Below, piece by piece: positions 11,057 to 23,600 of a stretch of DNA of 36,641 nucleotides. The stretch comes from Ginkgo biloba (taxonomy: Eukaryota > Plantae > Ginkgophyta), in contig JANKJI020000004.1 in the NCBI GenBank assembly GCA_024626585.2, positions 47,616,881 through 47,653,521 on the forward strand, written 5' to 3'. Positions within the stretch are counted from its first letter, which is position 1. Each line of letters opens with the position of its first letter. The position numbers and the translations under genes are program-made. Below the pieces are notes generated by a model, which worked only from the letters and a program-made list of their open reading frames with translations, did not search any database and was not told the DNA's origin.

Positions 11057-12400
11057 GATGCAAGAGCATCCGTTAGTTCTAGAAAGTTATCATTTTTGGC
11101 CAGGGTACTTAGTTGGTGAAGCAACATCAAGCCCATGACAACACACTAAGGAGATGACAGTCAGAGGTGAATGTCCATAGTAGTTGGGAACTCAAGAAAG
11201 GTTTGAATAGTTGTCTGAGCCTCAAGTTAATGAGGCATGACCAAGTGTTCCACTCCCTTGTGCTCACAAGTTCATGGGAAGACAAGTAAAGGGCAGAATG
11301 TTGAAAACTTATGCAAGGCCCAAACTCATGAGACATTGTCAAGTGTTTCAATCGTGTGTGCTCACAGACCTACGCAAATAAAGACAAAAGGAAATGTATT
11401 GTAAATCAACATGAGGGCCATACATGTGCAATTATATCAAGTGTCATAATCACATGCTCTTACAGACTCATAATATGAATAGGTGATGAAGACCATGTTG
11501 CTAATCAACACGAGCACCAGGCTCATGGGATGTTATCGCGTGGCTTAATTTTGGCTACTTGTGAATTGGATGTGATAGGAAAGGGGGAGATAGCCTCAAA
11601 GGGATGTGGATTAAGAATCTATGAGATCACGTCATATGGAGAGAGATCATGACATCTTCCCTTACAATGATTAAGAACCTTGAGAATTTTGATAAAGGTG
11701 GCGAGACCCAAAATCATATGTCCATGCCACATGTAGCGATCATGCAAGCTCATAGATCAATATAGCACATGAAGAAAGAGAAGGACATATCAAAAGACGA
11801 CGAGTTAAGAACTTAAGAGATCACACCACGTGTCTCAACCTCATCATATGTGGGACATAAAGTAACAAATTAAAAATCCAATAGGGGCAGGTGCAAGGGA
11901 AGAGTTAGAGCATGCCACATGTTCGAAGCTCATGAACTTACCACCTAGCAAAGTACGATAAAAAATGTGGATACCTCAGAGGATGATGATATCTGGTTAT
12001 ACAAATATGCTAAATCGGGGGTGTTCTGGCAACATTAGGATGAAACGTAACTATAGAAAGGAACCATTGCCACCCTGATCTAACTCATCCACTAACAAAG
12101 GATGATCAATATTTAATAGAGATACCATTACTCACTAACCATTAATCTATCAAAGTTAATGCCATAAAAGAATGGGGAGGTATTTATATAGAAATGAATT
12201 AATGCACCAGGGGAGATCGATATTTCTTCAATATAATGGCAAGAAAGGATGGTGGAGGCATGGCTAGGAGAGTGGCCGTACCAAAAGGATGGATTCACTG
12301 GTAGTGCAGTCAATTTGACATTAATACTGGCTGTGGAAGAACGTGAAACTTTATAGAGAAGATTTGAAGAGGAAGTCATGATAGTGGACAATAGAAGAAG
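11057..12400 (+). mobile_element. Long 3' LTR of the gag-only element, copy 1
   Basis: Starts (T)GATGCAAGAGCATCC after the PPT and is colinear with 13145-14202 ('ttttgataaaggtg.cgagacccaaa', 'gagcatgccacatgttcgaagc', 'atggtgga.gcatggcta.gagag'). Confidence 0.75.
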
Positions 12401-12547
12401 AAGAAGAGAAGGACAAAAAAATAAGAAGAGAGGGGGTGTTCAAGAAAAAAGTGGAGTCTATTATCTAGATGCACCAAGTGTTGAAAGGGAGTATTTTTCT
12501 TCGACATACACACACACACATATATAATTATTTATTTATATTCTAGA

Positions 12548-12780
12548 TGTTGTGGTATCCATAGCCCAACAGAATAATTGATTGAGGAAGTTGGTGAAGG
12601 CGATGCAAATTTTTCCCTTATACATGTTTATATTTTGAGTGTTGTGGTACTCATAGGCCAATAAAATTGTCAATTGAGGTAGTTGGTGGAGGCATAGAGA
12701 TGTTAATCGTGTGCTTTTTATGTGCCACACTGACCATCCAACAAAAGTGTCAAAGGAGGAAGTTGGTAGAGACATAAAGC
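12548..12780. repeat. Degenerate tandem repeat, about 80-92 bp unit, about 2.5-3 copies
   Basis: 'tgttgtggta' occurs at 12548 and 12640, and 'gagg.agttggt' at 12584, 12676 and 12756. Confidence 0.6.
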
Positions 12781-12957
12781 TTCAACCTCAGTGCTTGAAG
12801 AAAATCAACATGGATATAAAGGAGTGGATGGTTTCACCTCTATGGCATTGTGAAGACNNNNNNNNNNNNNNNNNNNNNNNNNNNNNNNNNNNNNNNNNNN
12901 NNNNNNNNNNNNNNNNNNNNNNNNNNNNNNNNNNNNNNNNNNNNNNNNNNNNNNNNN

Positions 12958-14202
12958 GTCATTCGAGTGTCTAAAGTGGGATGAGGGTAGACCACAACCA
13001 AAGGAATGTAATGATAATTTATCTCAACATGGAGTAGATCTTAAATGCAAGAGGAATGAGATTGACTAAAAAGAGAGAAGTAGGAGAAATTTTGAGGTAG
13101 AGTGTCTATAGGAGGACCTACATATTTTTTTAAGTAGAGGAGAATGATGTAGGAGCATTCATCAAATATAGAAACCTATGATATTTTTATCCAAGGGATA
13201 TAGTTTAGTGCTACAACATGAGATCTATGGCAATGTATTATGGTGGTGAAAATGAGAAGTACTCATCAATAATAGTTAAACACTTTGGGGTTTTGATGAG
13301 TTGCATCATGGACAAGTTCCTGAGAGCACACCTTGATTCCCAATCATAGGGTATCATAGACCCATATAAATAAATACTAAGGGAAAAATATTATAAATCA
13401 ACATGAGACCTAGACCTACATGATCATGATACATATCATAACCATATACTCTCACTGACTTACAAGATGGAATGGTGAAAGGGAATCATGTCACCAAGTG
13501 TTGCGATCCTCAAGTGCATGAGATATTACTACATGGCTTAATCATAGTTGTTCATAGTGTTATATGCGATAAAAAGGGAATACAACCTTAAAGGTTATGG
13601 ATTAAGAGTTAGTGGGTTTATACCACATGGAAGGGTCTCAATATGATTCCCATCATAGAGGTCGAGAACCTTGATGAGTTTTGATAAAGGTGACGAGACC
13701 CAAAGCTCATGTAATCATGCCATGAGTCCTCATCCAAAACCATCTCTAGGTATTGGGAAGATATGTTACCAAGGTTCCAAGGGATTCTAATATGCTCCCA
13801 TGTGTCTTAATATTAGGATATTTGGAGAACCATGTGTTAAGTTTAACACCAAGAAAGAGAAAGTGCTAGGGGTGGTAAGAGCATGCCACATGTTCGAAGC
13901 CTATGATCCCTCTATGTAGTGCAATGAAATAGATAATGCAAATATTCTAATAGGCAATGAGCTAGAAAACATAGTGATATGGGAAGCAGAGGTTCTCAGA
14001 CATCACCATCCTGAGCTAGCTCATGAAGGATCAACATTAAATGGATCTTCCATCATTGACCAACCATCGATCTATCAAAGTAAATATTGTAGTAAGATCA
14101 AAGAGGTCTTCACATAGAAATCGAGTGTGGTATCAAAGAAAAAGGAGATTTCTTCTAAGTAACAAAAAATAAAGAATGGTGGAAGCATGGCTAAGAGAGC
14201 CG
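12958..14202 (+). mobile_element. Gag-only CRM derivative, copy 2: knuckle end, tail, PPT and 3' LTR
   Basis: SFECLK...RPQPKE matches 10871-10920, PPT AGAGGAGAA ends at 13144, and the LTR starts TGATGTAGGAGCA at 13145. Confidence 0.8.
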
Positions 14203-14509
14203 NNNNNNNNNNNNNNNNNNNNNNNNNNNNNNNNNNNNNNNNNNNNNNNNNNNNNNNNNNNNNNNNNNNNNNNNNNNNNNNNNNNNNNNNNNNNNNNNNN
14301 NNTCATACTCAAGGTTGAAATAGGCATTCCTAATATTTGAGATTAAGTCGATAGAGTGACATTGAAATATAAAAGTAATATCTGACACACTCATAATACT
14401 TTAGAAGACTAACTTATGTTACACAATCTCTCTAGATGGTTTAATATTTATGAAAAAATAAGTTCCCCAATTTTATAAAAAAATAGGGTGTGTTGGAAAA
14501 TAACAAATG

Positions 14510-14900
14510 GCGAATCATATAGGGAAAAAACTCCTTAGAGTTTAGAACTCATAAATTTTGGTTCACTCAACCTATCATAAGGAAATACTAAGGAGGAAAT
14601 GACATGTGCATTCATAATAAAAATAATAATTTAATATTATCTTTATTAGGTGGCATACTGATTCTAATGTACTTACAAGAGCCTTACTAGTGCATTTGTA
14701 TTAGTCTATCTTAATAAGAAACTTTAGATTAAAGTAAGGAAAACTCACTGAGCTAGTGTTGCATGTTAAAATAGAGGCTTAGGCATTTCTTTAATGCTAG
14801 TTAAGAGTCTATAGCCCTAATAGAGTTACCTTTTTTCCCACTCTGAGCCTTGTTCCATTGCCAGTCAGGCATCTATAGCCCTGATGGAGGTTGCTCGAAT
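14510..14900. repeat. Interspersed repeat (Tat 3' non-coding or LTR-like), second copy at 32076-32458
   Basis: Shared 'tttagaactca', 'acatgtgcat/acacgtgcat', 'ctaatg.actt...aagag' and 'tctatagccc' in the same order. Confidence 0.55.
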
Positions 14901-15509
14901 AACCCCTGTAAGGATAAAGTTCTTAGGAGTTCCTACATTGCGGACATATATCTATATATATATATATATATTTAATACTATTTCTTCCTTTTAGAATTTT
15001 TATTTTACTTAGGGGTTGGGGACCAATATTAACCTCATTCAAAGGATTCAACAAGGACTCAATGAGTTTTAACTACCCCTCTCACCATTCTCAAAGAAAT
15101 CATTTAAATTTTTATGTACATACGACTCCCTTAGGTGCACATGCATTTCTAAAATCCACCTAGTAATTCAGGGTTAACTCCCAATCTGCACTATGAATAA
15201 ATAATTATTTTACCCTAGACACTATCCTATGAAAAACAAGCTCACCATTAAAATTGAATTTTTAACAATAGAGAGCATAAAACCCTTCTTTCAATTATTT
15301 TCCATCTAGATGCCTTCATTAGTTAGGGATTCATCTAAAAAATGGTTCTCTCTCTTATTGGAAACAAAATAATACTCTATGAAAACAAGAAACTTAATCT
15401 AAGAAAGCATAAACATCAAAATAAAAAGAAAGAAAAGAAGAAAGCTAACTAAGAAAGCAAAAAAAATAGAAAAGAAACTAATCTAACCTACTTCTAACTA
15501 CTTACCTAA

Positions 15510-16775
15510 TTATTCAGATGATGTAGAAGATGGCCCATCTATGAAGTAATGTTTTAGGTGCTGGCCATTTACTAGTAAAGGCAGATCATTACCTTGTAGG
15601 TCCTTTAATCAAAATGTATTATTCCCAAATAATTTTGAGATTTGGTAGGGGCCAATTCAAAGTGCATTAAACATGAGGTTCTTTCCTTTCTTTTCATGAG
15701 CCTTATCCCATAATCATACTAGGTTTGTAATTCTGAAAGCCTTGATCTTGGCTCTCTTATTAAACCACCTTTTCACTGCTTCTTGGTGCCTATTGAATTC
15801 TTGAAGGGAAGTGTCTCTTTCATCTTCCATTTCCAGGATGTCCAACATCCTAGAATCCACCTTATTTCCTTCTCCTATGTATTCATATATGAACTTGTAA
15901 GTTGACTACCTTACAGTAATGGGAAATATGGGCTCTTACCCATAAACTGGCAGGAAAGGAGAGGCTTTAAGAGCTTCCTTAATTCTTATTCTATTTGCTC
16001 ATAATGCAAACTTTAGAAGAGTATGCCATTACCTCAGTTTATCAATTACTACCTTCTTAATCCTAATTAGGAGATTCTTATTGGTATATTTAGCCAAGCC
16101 ATTACCTTAGGGATAATAATTTGAGGAAAATTTGAGAGAGATGTGATTGTCATAGGCCCATTTATTGAATTCAACTAACTAAAAGGCTAGATCATTGTCA
16201 TAAACCAATGAGAAAGGGGTGCCAAATTTAGTGGTTATGTTGTTCTCTAAGAAGTTAATGATCACATCTATAGTGCTATTCTTGGTTTCCACTGCCTCCA
16301 CTTATATAGTGCAATAATCTATAGCAGAATGAAGGAACTTATGGTTTTGGGAAGAGTTGGGGTTTATCACCCTAATAAAATCTAGTGCCCATTGAGAAAA
16401 GGGTATTTTCTCAATAATAGGCTACAAGGTCATAGGAGCACGATTTTCTTTCTTGTCACAAGTTTAACATTAGTGGCATGTTCTAACATGAGTTTGGGAA
16501 TCTTTGAAAATGGTGGGCCAATAGTAACCTGCCCTCAATATTGCATGAGCAATGGCATTCCCTAAGGGATGCCCACTCCCAATATTCTCATGGAAACTAG
16601 TCATCACNNNNNNNNNNNNNNNNNNNNNNNNNNNNNNNNNNNNNNNNNNNNNNNNNNNNNNNNNNNNNNNNNNNNNNNNNNNNNNNNNNNNNNNNNNNNN
16701 NNNNNNNTCCAAACTAGATGATTTCAATATCTTCCTCTATGATGGATGACTCTCACCACATATTTGGATGCATTC
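15510..16775 (-). pseudogene. pol: Ty3/gypsy Tat-clade integrase, degenerate
   Basis: Contains the HHCC region FHENIGSGH...ILRAGYYWPTIFKDSQTHVRTCH, the core PFSQWALDFI...KFGTPFSLVYDN...SSNYYP*GNGLA, and the GPY motif IGPYQI...LVNGQHLKHYF. Confidence 0.9.
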
Positions 16776-16799
16776 CCCTCTTGTGCATTTGTACAAAAT

Positions 16800-17780
16800 T
16801 CCCCTACAAATCATGTTATGAGAATTCCTACTCAAAACTCTTTGCCATTTTTCCCATTTAAACTAAGCCAAGAGAACCCCTGAGGCTTTGCCATCTATCA
16901 CTGTCCCATAATTCATGCTCATAAGCCCCTTTTCATTTTTTGGCATATTTAAGATAGGCATGGGATAAGGGATCCCAAGATGGCACCACTTGGCACCATC
17001 AAAGGGATGGGACCCTATGGGCCCTTTTCTGTCCCTTTTTCTTTAGGTCCCAAGGTGTAGGGGCCCCACGATGGTGCCGAGTGTCTCCATTATGGGGGAT
17101 GAGACCCCTGCGACTCCCTTTTACCTTTTGCACTAGGTGTTGCCTTCCCATAAGGATCAAGGCCTTAGGATCTTTCCACATGGAAAGATCTCAAGGAATT
17201 GGTCCTCATAGGTCCTTTACACTTCTCTACATTGCCCTTTGGATTCCATAAGGTAGGAGACCTGAGGGGCCAACACCTATCACTCATCCATGATGTCATT
17301 CACCTATAGCCTTTTAGCTCTTTTCCTTTTGAATATTGAGAATTATGGAAAGAGGAGGAGCCCCAAATTTCTTCCATGTGTTACATCCTCAAACTTTCAA
17401 ACACACATGGCCATTTCACAAAATTGACTAAGAGTTTAGAAACCATTGTAAGCTCTTGAAGTTGAGGATTGCACCACNNNNNNNNNNTCATGTGATTTGG
17501 CACTCACAGTAAATTCACAAAGTATTTCATATTGTACCACTTTCTAAAACACTAAGAGGGATGGGACTATGAGGGGATGATACCTGTTACTAATTTAGGG
17601 GGCCCAGGCTTTGTAACCTTTTGAACTTTGAGAAACCACTTTTAAATGACCCTTAGGGGAGGAGCCCTTAGTGATTGCCACTTATCAGTCACCTATTCCC
17701 TTGCTCACTCGCATAAGTAAATGCAAAAAATAAAGTGTAATGCAAGGTAGAAGGTTCATGGGATCATGCCATATTGCATN
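16800..17780. repeat. Non-coding LTR-like repeat containing the GATCTTTCCA-NN-TGGAAAGATC palindrome
   Basis: The palindrome at 17169-17190 is shared with 6441-6468, and G-box decay words are present. Confidence 0.45.
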
Positions 17781-17879
17781 NNNNNNNNNNNNNNNNNNNN
17801 NNNNNNNNNNNNNNNNNNNNNNNNNNNNNNNNNNNNNNNNNNNNNNNNNNNNNNNNNNNNNNNNNNNNNNNNNNNNNNN

Positions 17880-18924
17880 TCTTCTTCCATTGATCTATAT
17901 TGGTGTTTACATTTAAGCTATGTAGGCCACCACTTCTTCCACTTGTCAAAGGTTGTTAGTCTTCTACTCAAGTAACATTTTCTTTCCCTTTCCTCTGTCA
18001 ATATTCATCCAAAGTAATGTGAGGTCTCTTCTTATTTTCTAAGGATAATAACACTTTTCTTATCGGTGCAACCCTAGTATTATTAGCAATAGGGGATTCT
18101 GGTTTTAAATTTTTTCTATCTAAGTGTGTCTAGTGTCCTTTTGCCTTTGCCCCATAGTTTCTCTTTCTTGGGCACTCAAATGACATACGCAAAACTTCTC
18201 CATAGATAAAATAGATCACTAGTAGTCTAATGCCATATTGTAGTTTGTCAATTCTCATACCAAAGCTATGCATAATTCTATATCAATAAGGGTTTGACCT
18301 TCCTCTCTACTGATAGAAATTATTAGGTTCTATACCATGAGGCCCTGATACTCCAAACTGATCATCACTCTTTTGTCGACCAATTCCTCTCCTCTATTCC
18401 CAACCAAAATTTATAGAACTTCCATTGTGAGGTTTTTTCCTGGCATGTCAAGATAGTTTCTAATTTGTTTTAAGCACTAATTGGTACACCTCATCCATAT
18501 TGACTACACATTACATTACTAATTCATCTTGAATTATGTATCTCAACCCATTGATATACCTTATTGCCAGTTGTTCCTCCTCCTCCTCCTAGTAACTATG
18601 AATGGACAATATGAAATGCTCACTTAGCCATAGTATTCTCTTGCTACTTTAGTTTCTAAAATTCTTTGAATGGTACTTGACTATAGTTTGACAATAGAAA
18701 TTTTCTCTTTAGCCTTTCAACCATCTTCGACTAGACACTAAGCTTCTCTTTTCTCTTCTACACTTGGTCCTTTTATAGATGTTCCCATCTTATGGAAACA
18801 TGCCCTTTCATCCTTGTAAAATATAACCTTACTCTATAGGGATCCTCTATCTCTTTCCATTCTAAATACTTCTCCATGTCACCGATCCAATCCAAGAGAT
18901 CCTCTAGCTTCAAACTACAAACAA
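17880..18924 (-). pseudogene. gag: CRM-clade gag remnant extending toward the protease
   Basis: Translates as DWIGDMEKYLEWKEIEDPYRVRLYFTRMKGHVSIRWEHL, with a degenerate knuckle ending SFECPR (about 18170). Colinear with 24000-25050 and 29150-30150. Confidence 0.85.
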
Positions 18925-19269
18925 NNNNNNNNNNNNNNNNNNNNNNNNNNNNNNNNNNNNNNNNNNNNNNNNNNNNNNNNNNNNNNNNNNNNNNNNNNNN
19001 NNNNNNNNNNNNNNNNNNNNNNNNCTTAGTGAGTGGGTAAGGGAGCTCGATGAATAAGTGAACAATGTGATGAATAAGTTAAGGAATTCAACAAACTAAT
19101 TTTGTAACCCAACAGACATATTTTACCACTTTATGAATAGGAACTACATCAAACAAACTATAAAGGTTGTTCATTGAAGGAGGCAAGTGGCTCAATGAAT
19201 GATATAAATGGAAAAAATTTCAATAACAAAAAAATATTTTTGAATGCAGGAATAAATGTGAGAAGGTAG

Positions 19270-19521
19270 TTTACATAACCTACCATTACACCATCTATAT
19301 AATCATAATGGTAGAGAAAATTCCTCACCCACCAAGATAGAATATGGAACATTAGTAGGTATTAAAAGAGGCGTGAAACCATTTTATCACATTATTTTAC
19401 ACAACCTACCATCACACCATCCATATAATCGATAATGGTAGAGAAAATTCCTCACCCACTAAGTTGGAAGCCAGAACATTAATAGGCATTCAAAGAGGAG
19501 TGCAAAAATTTTGGCACATTA
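19270..19521. repeat. Direct tandem duplication, 126-bp unit x2, LTR-like
   Basis: 'tttaca.aacctaccat.acaccatc.atataatc...ataatggtagagaaaattcctcacccac' occurs at 19270 and 19396. Confidence 0.85.
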
Positions 19522-20044
19522 GAGAGAATAATAATTTTAGTAGGTAGTTTAGAGAAGGAGATGGGAAGTCAGGTGTAGAGGATATAGGTCTAGAGGAGAG
19601 GAAGAGTAGGTTTGGGTGTGATCATCTTGTAGAGAGAACAAATAATGTAACATGGGTTCAAGGATTTGGTGACCTAATAGTTGATAACACAGACTAGTGA
19701 AGAGACAGTGATAATCTAGGTGAGGGGTTTAAATGAATGGAAGGCCTATNNNNNNNNNNNNNNNNNNNNNNNNNNNNNNNNNNNNNNNNNNNNNNNNNNN
19801 NNNNNNNNNNNNNAGTAGGTGTTTGTTTTTTGTATTTTCTCTCCATAGAGGAAACCTTACTAAATATGTAATTTAGCCCACTTGGGAAAAAATATTAATA
19901 ATAAAATATACATTTTTAATGTTTATGTGAAGTTTATTATCTTTATTCAATTTCAAATTATGTTACTTCTTATAGGTATATAAATCATATGTATTATGAT
20001 TTTTATTTTTGTGAAATTCATAATATTTATCCTTCTTAGAATGA

Positions 20045-20593
20045 AATGAACCTTTATCTTGGGAGGAACTCCCCTTCAAGCTATCTTCTAACTTTTGGCC
20101 CNNNNNNNNNNNNNNNNNNNNNNNNNNNNNNNNNNNNNNNNNNNNNNNNNNNNNNNNNNNNNNNNNNNNNNNNNNNNNNNNNNNNNNNNNNNNNNNNNNN
20201 NCCCAAATCCTATCTCAAGAGTCATAGGTGATCTCTCATTACATGATTTTGAGCTAAGGACCCCCAATTTGTGCTACAGTTGATTATCCTCCTTATCATA
20301 TCACTTGTCAATTTTCCTTCTAGCATTTCCTAGCATATGTTAGTTTCCTTATGTCTCCTACCAACCATGTCATCCACCATGCTTTTATACCTTGTCGATG
20401 CATGTCATCCACCCACATGTTGCCCCAATTATGTCGGTTCTCAAAATTATTCTACTGACATAATTTTTTTAAAATCATATCAATCCACCTAGACTTACAT
20501 AGATATTCATATTATGTTACACACACTTGCTCAGTCACTCTTAGAACAAAATTGAGCACTATGTTGATGTGCTACCGTGATTCTCTTGCATCA
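20045..20593 (-). repeat. 3' LTR (truncated) of the CRM element
   Basis: About 80% identity by eye to 26440-26842 over the terminal 150 bp or so. Confidence 0.85.
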
Positions 20594-20605
20594 TTCTCCC
20601 CTTCT
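20594..20605 (-). promoter_or_regulatory. Polypurine tract
   Basis: AGAAGGGGAGAA directly abuts the LTR TGATG on the minus strand. Confidence 0.85.
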
Positions 20606-23600
20606 AACTAAAAGTTATAGGTACTCTTGTAAGCATCCTTCTTTGAAATACTCCCACACTTTCTCATTCATAGTTCTCAACTTCTCCTCTATCATCCATG
20701 TGCTATCTTCATAGGGTTTGTTTGCCCACTTCACTAGGTACTTATTGTATCTTCCTCATCTAGTTTCTACTACATTTCTATCTAGTACTCCTTCCACCTA
20801 CTCCTTCTTCTTCTTGGGCATCTGTTGCTTCCAATCCACCTTAGTTAGATCCTTTGGTCCATCATCACCTGAATATTGATATTGATCTATAATATTGAAG
20901 ATGGGTGATATATCATATTCTTTTAATAAATCCACTTGATAAGCATTCGCCTTATGATTCTTGACTACTTGGCATGGATCTATCTTCTAATACTTGAGCT
21001 TGTTATAGGTGCCACTAAAAAATATCTCCTTCCTTAGAAACACCAAAACTATGTCGTCTATCTTAAATTCCTTATGCCTTAGGTGTTGATTTGTTACAGA
21101 ATTGTATTGAGAATTACTCTTGTTGATATATTGCTTCACCTCCTCGTACGTATGTTTTAGGTTTTTTTCCATGGCCTTTACATCTTCACTAATTCTTTTA
21201 CCGACTAGGATGTCAGCCAAATCCACCATTATCTTTGGCAAATGACCATAAATCATTCAGAAAGGTGTCATTCCCATCATCCTATTCATTGAACTATTGA
21301 AAGCAAACTCTACCTTTTCTAACACCTGATCCCATTATTATGGCTTATCCCTTACCAAAATTCTCAACAAATTACCTAAGGACCAACTTACCACCTTAGT
21401 CTATCCATCTGTCTGTAGATGGTATGTGATATTCTACTTTAGTTTCATGCTAATATTCTTCCACAGTGTCTTCCAAAAATAACTCAAAAATTTACTATCT
21501 CGGTCTGACAAAATACTCCTTACCAATTCATGAAGTCATATGATGTCTTTGAAAAATAACTTTGTCATCTTAGTAGCATCATTTGTCTTCTTATAAGGTA
21601 TGAAATATACCAGCTTAGAAAATCTATCTACCACCATAAATACTACATTATTTTCTCTCTGATTTTTTTCTAGACCTAAAATAAAATCCATCCAGATGTC
21701 ATTCCATGGTTCCTATGGTACAAGTAGGGGTTTGTATAACCCTATATTCTATGATCTTCCTTTGGATACTTGATAAAATCAACACTATTCCATGAAATTA
21801 ATTACTTTCTTCTTCAAAATAGGATAATAATAACAATCATCTACTAATGTAATAGTTNNNNNNNNNNNNNNNNNNNNNNNNNNNNNNNNNNNNNNNNNNN
21901 NNNNNNNNNNNNNNNNNNNNNNNNNNNNNNNNNNNNNNNNNNNNNNNNNNNNNNNNNNNNNNNNNNNNNNNNNNNNNNNNNNNNNNNNNNNNNNNNNNNN
22001 NNNNNNNNNNNNNNNNNNNNNNNNNNNNNNNNNNNNNNNNNNNNNNNNNNNNNNNNNNNNNNNNNNNNNNNNNATTGATGCAAAATTAGTGAATTTCATC
22101 GACATCATGATTATCAATGTTGTTCTTTAACATAGTGCATCTTCCACTCTATTGGCATTTCCCAACTTATGTTGTAACATAAAGGTATAGCTCTAGAGTG
22201 TCTCTACCCAATTTACATGGCAAGCATTAATCTTTAATTAAGAATTAATGAATTTTAGGGATTAGTGATCTATGAACAATATAAACTCCTTGGGTAAAAG
22301 ATAGTGTCACCCATACTTAAGTTCTTTGACAAAATCATAAAATTATTTATCATATGTCAAATATTTACTCTAGGCTCCATTCATCGTTTCACTTAAATAT
22401 GCAACTAGTTGCCCTTCCTAAGTCAACACAACCCTAATTCTAACACCTAACACATCACGCTCTACCTCAAAAACTTTACCAAAATATGGGAGTACCAACA
22501 CTAAATCCTCTATCACCTTTTACTTTAGTAGCTCAAAACTACATTGAACCATATTTATCTAATGTAATTCTTTTCCCTTAATACACTCAATCATAGGTGT
22601 TGTAATTATGCTAAATTTCCTGATAAACTTCCTATAAAATCTTCCCAGACCATAAAATATTCAAATATTTATAGCATTTTTGGGTATTGGCCATTCTACA
22701 ACTACCTTAATCTTATCAGGGTCCATCTTTATACCTTCACTAGACACCACAAAGCCAAGATACTTCAAATCCCATTAGTAAAAATTACACTTCTCTAGAT
22801 TTATGTACAACCTTTCACATTAGAGCATGTTAAAGACTTTCCTCAAGTGTTAAACATTCTCTACTAGTGAGTGACTATACACTAAGATGTCATCTAAATA
22901 TACTACCATATACCTACCTATAAGGGATTTCAGTACCATGTTCATTAGCTGCATGAAGGTAATAGGTGAACCCATCAAAACAAATGGCATGACTCTCCAT
23001 TCATACATACCTTCCTTTGTTTTAAAGGATTTTTTTCACTCATCTTCCTCTCAAATCCTTATTTGATAGTATCCACTTCTTAAATATATCTTAGAAAAGT
23101 ATATTGTCCTAGTCATACTATCCATGATGTCATCCATACAAGGCATAGAGGATCTATACGTAATGTTAATATGGTTCATAGATCTACAATCCACACAAAG
23201 TCTCCATGTACCATCCTTCTTTGTGACTAATAGTGCTAGAATCACACACAGACTCAAGCTTTCTCAAATGATTTCTTTCTTGAGCAATTTTTAGACCTGT
23301 CGATTAACCTCTATATTTTTCATTGAGCTTAGTCCATAATCCACTTTATTTGGAAGACTTAATCTAGGTATCAAGTCTATGTGATGATAAATTCCTCTAT
23401 TAGGTGGAATACTAATGGGTAGATCTTATGGAGTCACATCATTGTATTNNNNNNNNNNNNNNNNNNNNNNNNNNNNNNNNNNNNNNNNNNNNNNNNNNNN
23501 NNNNNNNNNNNNNNNNNNNNNNNNNNNNNNNNNNNNNNNNNNCTTCTTTTTTGATAAAACTACTATTGTCACCTTATCTTCATCTGATGGAAAAAAATAT

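Noticed and set aside
19025-19270. Short open frames of unknown origin
   Set aside because: I found no recognisable motif, splice structure or homolog within the window.
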